Below are positions 1-9,292 of a stretch of DNA of 64,000 bases, piece by piece. The DNA is from an uncultured Sedimenticola sp. (GTDB lineage: Bacteria > Pseudomonadota > Gammaproteobacteria > Chromatiales > Chromatiaceae). The position numbers were made by a program, and so were the translations under genes. How positions within the stretch are numbered: position 1 is the stretch's first letter; every line of letters starts with the position of its first letter. The stretch is from contig CAZWRE010000156.1 of the NCBI GenBank assembly GCA_964636335.1, forward strand, positions 10,717-74,716. The letters run 5' to 3'. Below the pieces are notes generated by a model that did no database searches, was not told the origin of the DNA, and was given only the letters and a program-made list of their open reading frames with translations.

Positions 1-119
1 AGGATGTACAGGGCATCCGCATCACGTGCCGGGCCCCGCAGAAAACCCCGGAACTGTTCGTTCAGTTCCGGGGTGTTCGGGGAAAGATGCAGGTCGGAAA
101 TGAAAAGGAGTCGGGACAT
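1..119 (-). CDS. lpxH: UDP-2,3-diacylglucosamine diphosphatase, 5' part (runs off window start)
   Basis: Manual translation from ATG at 119 gives MSRLLFISDLHLSPNTPELNEQFRGFLRGPARDADALYIL, with the metallophosphoesterase FISDLH motif; classic cysS-ppiB-lpxH synteny. Not in the ORF track. Confidence 0.88.
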   Translation of the reverse strand, partial: MSRLLFISDLHLSPNTPELNEQFRGFLRGPARDADALYI

Positions 120-134
120 CCCGCCGGCAGGGAA

Positions 135-623
135 TCAGTCGCTGACTTCGGCTTTTTCGATGATCACCGGCTCCACCGGCACGTCCGAGTGACCGGCCTT
201 GTTGCCCGTGGGCACCTTCTCGATTTCGTCCACCACGTCCGTGCCTTCCACCACCTTGCCAAACACGGCATAACCCCAGCCGTCCTGACCGGGATAGTCC
301 AGGAAGCTGTTGTCCTTGGTGTTGATGAAGAACTGGGCGCTGGCGGAATGGGGGTCCATGGTGCGGGCCATGGCAATGCTGTATTTCACGTTGCTCAAGC
401 CATTCTTGGCCTCGTTCTCGATGGGCTCGCGGGTGGCTTTCTGCATCATGTCGGGCATGAAGCCGCCGCCCTGGATCATGAACCCGGGAATGACCCGGTG
501 AAAGATCAGGCCGTCATAGAAGCCATCTTCCACGTACTGCTTGAAGTTGGCGCAGGTGATCGGCGCCTTTTCCTCGTCCAGTTCAATGACGATGTCGCCC
601 TTGTTGGTTTTCAGAGTAATCAT
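135..623 (-). CDS. ppiB: cytoplasmic cyclophilin-type peptidyl-prolyl cis-trans isomerase
   Basis: [32 protein letters not shown] and GYAVFGKV motifs; no signal peptide. Confidence 0.95.
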   Translation of the reverse strand: MITLKTNKGDIVIELDEEKAPITCANFKQYVEDGFYDGLIFHRVIPGFMIQGGGFMPDMMQKATREPIENEAKNGLSNVKYSIAMARTMDPHSASAQFFINTKDNSFLDYPGQDGWGYAVFGKVVEGTDVVDEIEKVPTGNKAGHSDVPVEPVIIEKAEVSD

Positions 624-1180
624 TTTTCGGTTTCCACGCGTTTGACGGATTTGATGAAGATGGTTTCCACGGGCACGTCCCGGCGGCCGGCCTTCACGCC
701 GGTAGGCGTGGCGGCAATGGCGTCCACCACGTCCATGCCCTTGGTCACCTTGCCGAATACGGCATAGCCACCGTAGCTGGGATAGTCCAGATTGGGATTG
801 TCCTTGTGATTGATGAAGAACTGGCTGGTGGCCGAGTTCGGTTCGCTGGTGCGGGCCATGGCAATGGTGCCGCGTTTGTTGCTCAGGCCGTTGTCGGCTT
901 CGTTCTTGATGGGGTCATGGGTGGGCTTTTTCCGCATGTCCTCGGTAAGGCCGCCACCCTGGATCATGAAGCCGGAAATCACCCGGTGGAAGATGGTGCC
1001 GTTGTAGAAGCCTTCGTCCACGTAACGCAGGAAGTTCTCCACCGTGACAGGGGCCTTGTCCTTGTCCAGGGCCAGCTCGATATCGCCCTTGCTGGTTTCC
1101 ATGAGCACCTTGACCTGCTCGGCCAGTACGGTGCCGCTCAGGCTGGTCAGCAACAGCAGGGAAAACAGGATTCTTCTCAT
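620..1180 (-). CDS. ppiA: periplasmic cyclophilin-type peptidyl-prolyl cis-trans isomerase
   Basis: Signal peptide ([20 protein letters not shown]) plus [14 protein letters not shown] and SATSQFFIN motifs. Confidence 0.93.
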   Translation of the reverse strand: MRRILFSLLLLTSLSGTVLAEQVKVLMETSKGDIELALDKDKAPVTVENFLRYVDEGFYNGTIFHRVISGFMIQGGGLTEDMRKKPTHDPIKNEADNGLSNKRGTIAMARTSEPNSATSQFFINHKDNPNLDYPSYGGYAVFGKVTKGMDVVDAIAATPTGVKAGRRDVPVETIFIKSVKRVETEK

Positions 1181-1288
1181 GTTCTCGATTCTCTCGGTAT
1201 TTGCACAAGGCGCCTATGATACAACTGTGATCGGCCCAAGGCATAGGGTAAAATTGCCGGATTACCAGCGACCCTTGGCCAGTCCATC

Positions 1289-2674
1289 ATGAGCCTGCGT
1301 ATCTACAACGATCTGCACAACCGAAAAGAAGAATTCCAGCCCATCGAACCGGGCAAGATCCGCATGTACGTGTGCGGCATGACGGTGTATGACTATTGTC
1401 ACCTGGGCCATGCGCGCATGATTGTGGTGTTCGATGTGGTGTATCGCTATCTCAAGGCCAGGGGCTATGACGTCACCTACGTGCGAAACATCACGGATAT
1501 TGATGACAAGATCATCCAGCGCGCCAACGAGCAGGGCATTCCCTTTCACGAGCTGACCGGGAAGTTCATTGACGCCATGCACGAGGATCTGGATGCCCTG
1601 GGCGTGGAACGTCCCAGCATGGAACCTCGGGCCACCGAGCATATCGACGAGATCCTTGAGATGATCCGCAAGCTCATCGACAACGGTCATGCCTATGTCA
1701 CCGACAGTGGCGATGTGTATTACTCGGTCAGCAGTTTTCCCGAGTATGGCAGGCTCTCCGGCAAGTCCATCGAGGATCTGCAGGCCGGCGCCAGGGTGGA
1801 GTCCAGCGAGGAAAAGCGCGATCCCCTGGATTTCGCCCTGTGGAAGGCCGCCAAGCCCGGTGAACCGGCCTGGGATTCGCCCTGGGGCCGGGGGCGGCCC
1901 GGCTGGCATATCGAGTGTTCGGCCATGTCCACCAAGGCCCTGGGCGACACTTTTGACATTCATGGTGGTGGGGCGGACCTGACCTTTCCCCACCACGAGA
2001 ACGAAATCGCCCAGTCCGAGGGGGCTACCTGCCATCACTTCGTGAACTACTGGATGCACAATGGCTTCGTGCGCGTGAATGACGAGAAGATGTCCAAGTC
2101 CCTGGGCAACTTCTTCACCATCCGCGAGATCATGCGGCACTATCGGCCGGAGGAGATTCGCTATTTCATCCTCACCAGCCATTATCGCAGCCCTCTGAAC
2201 TACGACGAGGAGCATCTGCTCAATGCCCGCCAGGCCCTCAACCGTTTCTACACGGCATTGAGGGGCCTGCCCGAAGCCGAGCCCGGTGATGCCGATCAGT
2301 GGCTGGATGCCTTCAACGAGGCCATGGATGATGACTTCAACACGCCCGAAGCCCTGGCCGCCATGTTCGAGTTGGTGCGCGAGATCAACAAGGCACGCAG
2401 TGAGGATAAAGCCAGGGCCGCGCGCATGGGCGCTACCCTGAAACAGATGGGCGCCGTGTTGGGCATACTCCAGGACGATCCCGAGCAGTGGCTGCGGGGC
2501 GGGGTGGGAGAAGGCCTGTCAGACGAGGAAATCGAGACCCTGATTCAGCAACGCCTGGATGCGCGCAAGGAAAAGAACTGGGCCGAGGCCGACCGAATCC
2601 GCGACGAGCTCAAGGAGAAGGGGGTGATCCTGGAGGATGGCGCCAACGGCACCACCTGGAGGCGTGAATCATGA
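1289..2674 (+). CDS. cysS: cysteine--tRNA ligase
   Basis: [15 protein letters not shown] (HIGH), [12 protein letters not shown] and KMSKS motifs. Confidence 0.98.
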   Translation: MSLRIYNDLHNRKEEFQPIEPGKIRMYVCGMTVYDYCHLGHARMIVVFDVVYRYLKARGYDVTYVRNITDIDDKIIQRANEQGIPFHELTGKFIDAMHEDLDALGVERPSMEPRATEHIDEILEMIRKLIDNGHAYVTDSGDVYYSVSSFPEYGRLSGKSIEDLQAGARVESSEEKRDPLDFALWKAAKPGEPAWDSPWGRGRPGWHIECSAMSTKALGDTFDIHGGGADLTFPHHENEIAQSEGATCHHFVNYWMHNGFVRVNDEKMSKSLGNFFTIREIMRHYRPEEIRYFILTSHYRSPLNYDEEHLLNARQALNRFYTALRGLPEAEPGDADQWLDAFNEAMDDDFNTPEALAAMFELVREINKARSEDKARAARMGATLKQMGAVLGILQDDPEQWLRGGVGEGLSDEEIETLIQQRLDARKEKNWAEADRIRDELKEKGVILEDGANGTTWRRES

Positions 2675-3012
2675 TGGAGGAGGAACGGGGGTTTCGCATC
2701 TATTACTGCGATTTCGTACACGATTCTTCCATCAGCTCTTCCCGGCCGGAGTTTCTGGCGGCAGATCGCCTGGTGCCCCTGGCGGAGCATCTGTTCGCCG
2801 CTCAGGACAACTATCTTGGCGTGCTGGACGCCAATGACAACATTTTGCAGTTCTACATGTCCGGCAAGGACATGGTGGTGGAATTGCTCTATCCCGATAG
2901 TCAGGGCGTAATGCAGTGCAAACTGCCCCTGGATCAAGGCATGGCCTTGCTGGGCAGTCTGCCGGACGAGTTCACCGAGGAATTGCTGCCCGGCGCCACC
3001 TGGCTGGGTTGA
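2671..3012 (+). CDS. hypothetical protein
   Basis: 113-aa ORF overlapping or abutting the cysS stop, natural-looking composition, followed by a terminator. Confidence 0.7.
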   Translation: MMEEERGFRIYYCDFVHDSSISSSRPEFLAADRLVPLAEHLFAAQDNYLGVLDANDNILQFYMSGKDMVVELLYPDSQGVMQCKLPLDQGMALLGSLPDEFTEELLPGATWLG

Positions 3013-3053
3013 CCGGCCGCCCAGCGCCTCTTTCCGACTTCTCCATGAACAAC

Positions 3054-3087
3054 AAAAAACGGCTGACCCATGTGGGCCAGCCGTTTT
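3054..3087. terminator. bidirectional intrinsic terminator
   Basis: AAAAAACGGCTG-ACCCATGTGGGC-CAGCCGTTTT hairpin with A/T tails between convergent genes. Confidence 0.8.
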
Positions 3088-3108
3088 GGTTGAGCTGATG
3101 GGCGTCGT

Positions 3109-3795
3109 TCAGCCTTTTTTCTTGCACATCTCCCGGGTGTCGGGGATGAACTGGATGGCCTTGCTCGCGCTGCCGCTCTCCGGCAGGGCAGAGGCGCTCA
3201 AGGGCGCGTCCACTTCGATGTACCAGCGGCTGATCTTCCACTTGCCATCCTTCTTCTTCAGGGTGGCGTTATAGGTGCCGGAGGTCAGCAGGCTGAACTT
3301 GCCGTTGGCTTCGGCAGAGGAGATGAACAGATAGGTGCGCACTTCGGCGGTGTCCTTGGTTTGCTTGGCCACGTGGATATTGCCCATGGTGTGGCGGCGC
3401 ACGGTGGTGTTCTTTTCACTGCCGGGGCCGCGATAGCGCAGATCCACTACCCCCTTGAATGCCTCCTTGCCCTTGGCGATGATGGTGCCGAAACAGGGCG
3501 TGGTGGTCTCGAAACTGACGTCGTCGGTAAACAGCTCGAACCACTCGTCCCAGCGGCCTTCGTCGATGAGATAGGAATAAGCGGTTACGTGATTGACAAT
3601 GGCCTGCCGATCAGCAATGAATTGCGGATCGGTATTTACCGCACCGGAATAATCGGCCTGCATCATGGGCAGTCTCTTGGGGCCGGGGATGCGCTTCTGG
3701 AAATCTGTCGCGCCCCAGTCACCGCCGGCCAATGCGGTGCTGGTGCCGATGCAGAAAGCCGTAATGGCTGTGAGATTCTTGAATATCTTTTTCAT
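3109..3795 (-). CDS. secreted NTF2/SnoaL-like fold protein
   Basis: Signal peptide; YSYLIDEGRWDEWFELFTDD, RRHTMGN and GKWKISRW patterns typical of SnoaL_4; AAGGAG RBS upstream. Confidence 0.75.
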   Translation of the reverse strand: MKKIFKNLTAITAFCIGTSTALAGGDWGATDFQKRIPGPKRLPMMQADYSGAVNTDPQFIADRQAIVNHVTAYSYLIDEGRWDEWFELFTDDVSFETTTPCFGTIIAKGKEAFKGVVDLRYRGPGSEKNTTVRRHTMGNIHVAKQTKDTAEVRTYLFISSAEANGKFSLLTSGTYNATLKKKDGKWKISRWYIEVDAPLSASALPESGSASKAIQFIPDTREMCKKKG

Positions 3796-4321
3796 GGTGT
3801 CACTCCTTATTGAAGATTTGACGATTTCCTGGACCGCAGGTGTGCGGAGAGTTCATGGTAAGAGATGTCCCGGTTCATGTGGACGCTGAAATATCGTCAG
3901 GAACAAATGGCCGGGGTGCCGGCTATACCGGCCGTGCGGGGGAATTCCTGGTGTACAATCCATCGCTTGTTGATCGGGTTTCTATCCATCCGGTTGCCAG
4001 TCGAGTATACATGGATCGGGCAATCACGCACAGTATAATCTCCGGTCATTGCCGCTGCTTGCCAATAAGTGCCATTCATGACGCATGAGGCGCCATTGCG
4101 GCGGATGGAAGCATAGTGGTTCCTCTTGCCGGAGATTTGCTTGCCGCTTTCAAGCGGCTGCTGTTACCTGTCCAATATGACCGTTACAGAGATTGCCCGC
4201 CGTCCGGGCTGTAGCGACCTATCTCATTTCAGCCGTGGTTTCCGGCGCTTGACTGGGTTGACTCCATCGGGATACAGGCGGCAACCGCGTGTCGGCCTTC
4301 GCTGATTGACAGGGATGGTGG

Positions 4322-5533
4322 TCAGTTTTCCGCGGTATTCCTTGTGGAAGGAAGCCGGAGCGAGAGCAAGGCTGCGATGGAGGCAAAGATGGCCGCCCCC
4401 CAAAGACAGCCCGGCAGCCCCCAGGCCTGGTACAGCCAGCCGGAGAGCAGGGTGCCGGTCAGGCGTCCACCGGCGTTGGCCATGTAGTAGAAACCGACGT
4501 TCATGGCAACCCTGTCGTGGGAGGAGTAGGCCAGGATCAGGTAGGAGTGCACGGACGAGTTGATGGCGAATACCACGCCAAAAAGAACCAACCCCGTTAT
4601 GAGCACGGCAGCCGCCGGCAGATCCGACTGCAGCCCCAGGGCAATGCCGGCCGGGAAGAGCATCAGGATGAAGGCCCAGTTCCTTGCCGTGGAGCCTTGG
4701 GGGCCCTGCCCATGACGCGTCCGGCCCAGCAGGCGGGGCGCCCCGGCCTGTACGATTCCGTAACCGATGATCCACAGGGCGATGAAACCGCCCACCTGCA
4801 TGAAGGTCCAGCCCAGAACGTCATAGAGGAATACCGGCAGGCCCACGACAAACCAGATATCCCGGGAGCCGAACAGGAAGAAGCGGGCGGCGGACAATTG
4901 GTTGATGGCGGCAACGCGGGAGAATACCTGGCGGAATCCGGGTTTTGATTTCATGCGTCCCACCCCGGAAGGCAGCATGAAGGCCGTAACCAGCAGCACG
5001 ACAGCCAGCATCCCCGCCAGGCAGAGCAAAGCGGCGCGGAAACCGATCCATTCCAGCAGGGCGGCGCCCACGAAGAAGCCAGCGCCCTTCAAGGCGTTCT
5101 TGGAGCCGGTGAGCACGGCCACCCACTTGAACAGGCGCGATTCCGAACCGCTGCCCGCCAGAGCCTTCACGGATGCCTTGGCCGACATCTTGTTCAGATC
5201 CTTGGCGATGCCCGACAGGGCCTGGGCTGACATTACCCAGGGCACGGACAGCCAGGCATCGGGTACGGTCAGCATGGTCAATGCCAGCACCTGCAGGCCC
5301 ATGCCCAGGTGCATGGTCAGGTTCAGGCCGATGCGTGCGCCCAGCCAGCCGCCAACCAGGTTGGTGACCATGCCGAAGAACTCGTAGAACAGGAACAGCA
5401 TGGCCACCTCCAGGGGCGAGTAGCCCAGCAGGTGGAAATAGAGAACCACCAGCATGCGGATGGCGCCGTCGGTGATGGTGAAGGCCCAGTAGCCTCCCGT
5501 GACGACCAGGTAGTTGCGCAGCCCGGCTTCCAT
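4322..5533 (-). CDS. arsJ: organoarsenical efflux MFS transporter
   Basis: YWAFTITDGAIRMLVVLYFH, SGIAKDLNKMSAK, LTGSKNALKG, FLFGSRDIWFVVGLP and VGFYYMANAGGRL, all ArsJ-family signatures. Confidence 0.9.
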   Translation of the reverse strand: MEAGLRNYLVVTGGYWAFTITDGAIRMLVVLYFHLLGYSPLEVAMLFLFYEFFGMVTNLVGGWLGARIGLNLTMHLGMGLQVLALTMLTVPDAWLSVPWVMSAQALSGIAKDLNKMSAKASVKALAGSGSESRLFKWVAVLTGSKNALKGAGFFVGAALLEWIGFRAALLCLAGMLAVVLLVTAFMLPSGVGRMKSKPGFRQVFSRVAAINQLSAARFFLFGSRDIWFVVGLPVFLYDVLGWTFMQVGGFIALWIIGYGIVQAGAPRLLGRTRHGQGPQGSTARNWAFILMLFPAGIALGLQSDLPAAAVLITGLVLFGVVFAINSSVHSYLILAYSSHDRVAMNVGFYYMANAGGRLTGTLLSGWLYQAWGLPGCLWGAAIFASIAALLSLRLPSTRNTAEN

Positions 5534-5536
5534 GGT

Positions 5537-5809
5537 TCAGCGGGTGAATACCGTCCACAGGCCGATGAGTATGAAACCGATGCCCGCCACCAGGTGCAGG
5601 GTGCGTTCGGAAACGTACTGGGAGATGAGCGCGCCGCCCAGTACGCCCAGAGCCGATGTGGCCACCAGGGCAGCGGAAGCGCCGAAAAATACCAGCCATT
5701 TGTTTACGGCCTTGTCAGCGGCAAACAGCAGAGTAGCCAGCTGGGTCTTGTCGCCCAACTCCGCCACGAAAACAGTACCAAAAATCAGGGCAAGGGTTTT
5801 CCAGTCCAT
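5537..5809 (-). CDS. TMEM165/GDT1 (UPF0016) family half-size Mn/Ca transporter
   Basis: Single ELGDKTQ motif, 90 aa, about 3 TM helices. Confidence 0.88.
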   Translation of the reverse strand: MDWKTLALIFGTVFVAELGDKTQLATLLFAADKAVNKWLVFFGASAALVATSALGVLGGALISQYVSERTLHLVAGIGFILIGLWTVFTR

Positions 5810-5872
5810 GATGGGAATGAAGAAATGCGAGAATGAAGTGGCGGCAGAGTATACTGTTTCATCCGTGAATTT

Positions 5873-6763
5873 TCAGGTGAAACAGCGTGCCAGTTCTCCG
5901 GCCAGCAGGCTGGCGAGGGGCACGGCGTTGGTCGTGTGGGGAATTGCGTCACAGCTCCAGATGTTTGCCACGCCGGATTCGCGGAGTTCCTCCAGGGCGT
6001 TGCCGACGAACAGCGCGTGGGTGACCAGTACGGAAATGGAGGCCGGATTGTGGATCTGTAGCAGACGGGCGGCTTCCGCCAGGGTTCTGCCCGTGCTGGC
6101 CACATCATCGACCAGCACCAGGTTGCGGTTGGTGTAACCACAGTCCGGCATGCTGATTTTCACCTCACGGTCACCAAGACGTTCCTTTTTCGCCACCGCG
6201 TAGTCGAAACCATGGTGGGCGGCGATGGCGGCCACCCATTGCTCGGATTCGCCATCGGGGCCAATGAGGAATGGGTCGTCCACCTTGTCCTTGAGAAAGT
6301 GCGCCATGGGGTCCGTCGCCGTCAGGTTGATGGCGGGCTGCACGGGCACGGCATCCGACAGGCTGTGTACCCGGTGCAGGTGGGCGTCCACGGTGAGCAG
6401 GCCGTTGAAATGGGCGGCGATGCAGGCGCCGATGATGGGCTGGCTGACCACTTCGCCGGCATGGAAGGCCTTGTCCTGGCGCATGTAGCACAAATAGGGT
6501 GCTACCAGGCAGACCTTTTCGGCACCCAGTTTGCGCGCCCCGGCAGCGGCCAGGATGAGTTCGATCAGTTTGTCGTTGGGATGGTCCAGGCTGCGTACCA
6601 GGATGATTCGCTCGGGCAGCATTCCCGGCAGCGTCACCTTGCTTTCGCCGTCGGGAAAATGATGGATGTCCAGAACCGTAAAAGGCAGGTTGGCGGCCTG
6701 CGCCAGCCGTTCGGTCTGATCCGCGTACTCGGGGAAACCGAGAATCAGGGTATCGATGTTCAT
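5873..6763 (-). CDS. ribose-phosphate diphosphokinase homolog (phosphorylase-associated type)
   Basis: FPDGE, PYLCYMRQDK, VDAHLH, GPDGES and the PRPP-binding LVDDVASTGRT motif. Confidence 0.9.
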   Translation of the reverse strand: MNIDTLILGFPEYADQTERLAQAANLPFTVLDIHHFPDGESKVTLPGMLPERIILVRSLDHPNDKLIELILAAAGARKLGAEKVCLVAPYLCYMRQDKAFHAGEVVSQPIIGACIAAHFNGLLTVDAHLHRVHSLSDAVPVQPAINLTATDPMAHFLKDKVDDPFLIGPDGESEQWVAAIAAHHGFDYAVAKKERLGDREVKISMPDCGYTNRNLVLVDDVASTGRTLAEAARLLQIHNPASISVLVTHALFVGNALEELRESGVANIWSCDAIPHTTNAVPLASLLAGELARCFT

Positions 6764-6767
6764 GGTT

Positions 6768-8267
6768 TCATCCTATGGTGTAACCGTTGTTTTGCGCGAT
6801 GGCGTTGCGGGCGAACTGGTAATCGGCGCGAAATTCGGCGTGCAGGGTGTAGAGGGGATCTCCTTTTTTCACCCTGTCATGCAGTTTGCGATGGAGGTCC
6901 ACACCGGCGGCCTTGTCCATGGGAGCGCCGGCCAGGCGGGCAATGCGGGCGATCTGCAGGTTGTCGATGGCAGTAATCACGCCATCGGCGGGGGCCGGGA
7001 CTTCGTGCCGCAGGGCGGCGGGTTGGGGTTCAGCCTGATTTGCGCCCTGGGCCTGAATGATGTCCTGCATCTTTTGCCAGGCCCGGCCGGATTCCAGCAG
7101 ATCCCGGGCCAGGCGGTAGCCCTGACCGCCGCGCACATCGGGATCAAACTCCAGGATGCGCCCGGCAAGCTGCAGGGACTTTTCCTTCAGGTCGATAGGC
7201 GCCTTCGGGTCGTTTTGCAGCACCTGCAGCACGTCGCGGGCTTCCAGGGCCGGCCCCACGCCGTTGCCGATGGGCTGGCGCCCGTCGGTGATGACCACTT
7301 CGAGCTCCAGCCCGCTGCGGTCGCCCACGTATTCGAACAACTTGCGCAGGCGCAGGGCCTCGGCCTGGGTGCGCACCTTGGCGCTGGGGCCCACGGGAAT
7401 ATCGATGAGCAGGTGGGTGGAGCCGGCGGCGATCTTCTTGGACAGGATGGAGGCAATCATCTGTCCCTTGGAATCCAGGGACAGGGGACGTTCCACGGAG
7501 ATGAGGATGTCGTCCACCGGGGACAGCCGGGCGGTGCCGCCCCAGGCGATAAAGCCTCGCTGTTGCTGCACGATGCGGCGCAGCTCGCCGGGTTCCAGGT
7601 TGACCTTGCACAGGGTTTCCATGGTGTCCGCCGTGCCGGCTGGGGACGTGATGGCGCGGCTGGATGTCTTGGGCATGAGCATGCCGTGAGCGGCGACGAT
7701 GGGCACAATGAGCATGGTGGTGCGATTGCCGGGAATACCACCGATGCAATGCTTGTCCACCACCAGGGATTCGCCCCATTCCAGTCGCTCCCCGGTTTCC
7801 ACCATGGCCTCGGTGAGAAACAGCATTTCGTCCCGCTCCATGCCGGACTCGGCGCAGGCCACCAGGAAGGCGGCGATCTCGATCTTGGAGTAGCGGTTGT
7901 TGACGATGTCCTGGCAGATGCGCAGGAATTCCCCCCGATCCAGGGGTTCGCCACCAATCTTGTGATGCACGGCTTCCAGTGAACCCGGCGGGGTGGCATG
8001 GTCGATGAAGACCGCAGTGCCTTCGGGCACGTCCAACTGGGCAAAGGTCTGTTCGCTCAGGCCCAGTTCATCCGGCGCCAGGCAGTTCTCGTCATCCACG
8101 ATGTTCAGTACGGCGACCACGGGCTGCTTTTCCGGCCCGTCACGCACTTCGATCTTGTTCAGGGCCTGGAAGCCCTCGCTGTGATACAGGGGGCACTGGC
8201 GATGCAGGTAGGCCACGTTCTCCCGGTAGGTGTCGATGGCGACCTTGCGCAGTTTCAGTGGTGTCAT
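6768..8267 (-). CDS. AMP phosphorylase / thymidine phosphorylase family protein
   Basis: [32 protein letters not shown] and ASILSKK motifs; extra N-terminal domain as in AMP-phosphorylase-like proteins; start placed at ATG 8267 with GGAG RBS. Confidence 0.92.
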   Translation of the reverse strand: MTPLKLRKVAIDTYRENVAYLHRQCPLYHSEGFQALNKIEVRDGPEKQPVVAVLNIVDDENCLAPDELGLSEQTFAQLDVPEGTAVFIDHATPPGSLEAVHHKIGGEPLDRGEFLRICQDIVNNRYSKIEIAAFLVACAESGMERDEMLFLTEAMVETGERLEWGESLVVDKHCIGGIPGNRTTMLIVPIVAAHGMLMPKTSSRAITSPAGTADTMETLCKVNLEPGELRRIVQQQRGFIAWGGTARLSPVDDILISVERPLSLDSKGQMIASILSKKIAAGSTHLLIDIPVGPSAKVRTQAEALRLRKLFEYVGDRSGLELEVVITDGRQPIGNGVGPALEARDVLQVLQNDPKAPIDLKEKSLQLAGRILEFDPDVRGGQGYRLARDLLESGRAWQKMQDIIQAQGANQAEPQPAALRHEVPAPADGVITAIDNLQIARIARLAGAPMDKAAGVDLHRKLHDRVKKGDPLYTLHAEFRADYQFARNAIAQNNGYTIG

Positions 8268-8428
8268 GCTTGGTGCTCCGGCCAGGACTGGGTTTGCCCA
8301 TGATAATTCAGTCACGGCCAATGTTCAGTGCAAATCCATCTCCTGCTGCCAAATATCATTGATGTTCCCGGGTACCGGGGGGATACTAGCAAATAGTAAT
8401 GTACTTTCCCGACAAGCGAGGTACGGCC

Positions 8429-9289
8429 ATGTTTCAGTTCATCCCCGTTGCGGAAGACAACATCTTCGCGGTCAAGGTCAGCGGCAGGCTGACGGATGCG
8501 GACTACCAGCAGTTTCTTCCCCAGCTAGAGGATCTCATTGGGCAGTTCAGGACCATTTCCCTGCTTCTGGAGCTGGAGGATTTTCATGGCTGGGAGCCGA
8601 AGGCAGCCTGGGATGACTTCAGGTTCGGCATGAAACACGACCAGGATTTTCAACGCGTTGCCATCGTCGGGGAAAAGACCTGGCACAAGTGGATGACCAT
8701 GCTGGGCAATGCATTTGCCGACACCAGCGTCCGTTTCTTCAACCGTGACCAGCTCCAGGAAGCCTGGGACTGGCTGCGCGAGGGGACGAAAGGGGATAAG
8801 GCCGCCACCCCGGAATCCGCCGAGGATGACAAACCTCCTCCCTGGCGGCATATACTGGCCGCAGTGGATTTTTCTTCCCTTTCCCGGCTGGCTGTGGCCA
8901 GGGCCGTGGAACTGAGCCGTTGCCATGGCGCGCGCCTGTCCCTGATTCATGCCGTGGAAATGATGGGCACGCCCCTGCTGGACTATGACGTACTGATGAC
9001 GGATCCCGTGGATTTTCTTGAACTGGACCGGCAACGCTTCGAGCAGGCTGATGTCGAGCTCAGGCGTCTGGCAGACAGCCTGGATGTCGATGGTGTCCAG
9101 ACAGAGGTCATGTGGGGAACGCCGAAATCCGCAGTGATCTCCTATGCCGAGGCGCAGAATGTGGATCTCATCGTCGTGGGCTCCCATGGGCGGCATGGCA
9201 TCGGGCGCCTGTTGGGCTCGGTTTCCGCGGCCATTGCCAACAGTGCCAGGGCCGATGTGCTGATAGCCAGGCCCTCCTCGAAGCGATAA
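8429..9289 (+). CDS. SpoIIAA-like (STAS/SEC14) domain fused to a universal stress protein domain
   Basis: N-half: VSGRLTDADY, FHGWEPKAAWDD, RVAIVG, EAWDWL. C-half: ILAAVDFS and DLIVVGSHGRHGIGRLLGSVS (USP ATP-binding motif). Confidence 0.85.
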   Translation: MFQFIPVAEDNIFAVKVSGRLTDADYQQFLPQLEDLIGQFRTISLLLELEDFHGWEPKAAWDDFRFGMKHDQDFQRVAIVGEKTWHKWMTMLGNAFADTSVRFFNRDQLQEAWDWLREGTKGDKAATPESAEDDKPPPWRHILAAVDFSSLSRLAVARAVELSRCHGARLSLIHAVEMMGTPLLDYDVLMTDPVDFLELDRQRFEQADVELRRLADSLDVDGVQTEVMWGTPKSAVISYAEAQNVDLIVVGSHGRHGIGRLLGSVSAAIANSARADVLIARPSSKR

Positions 9290-9292
9290 GGG

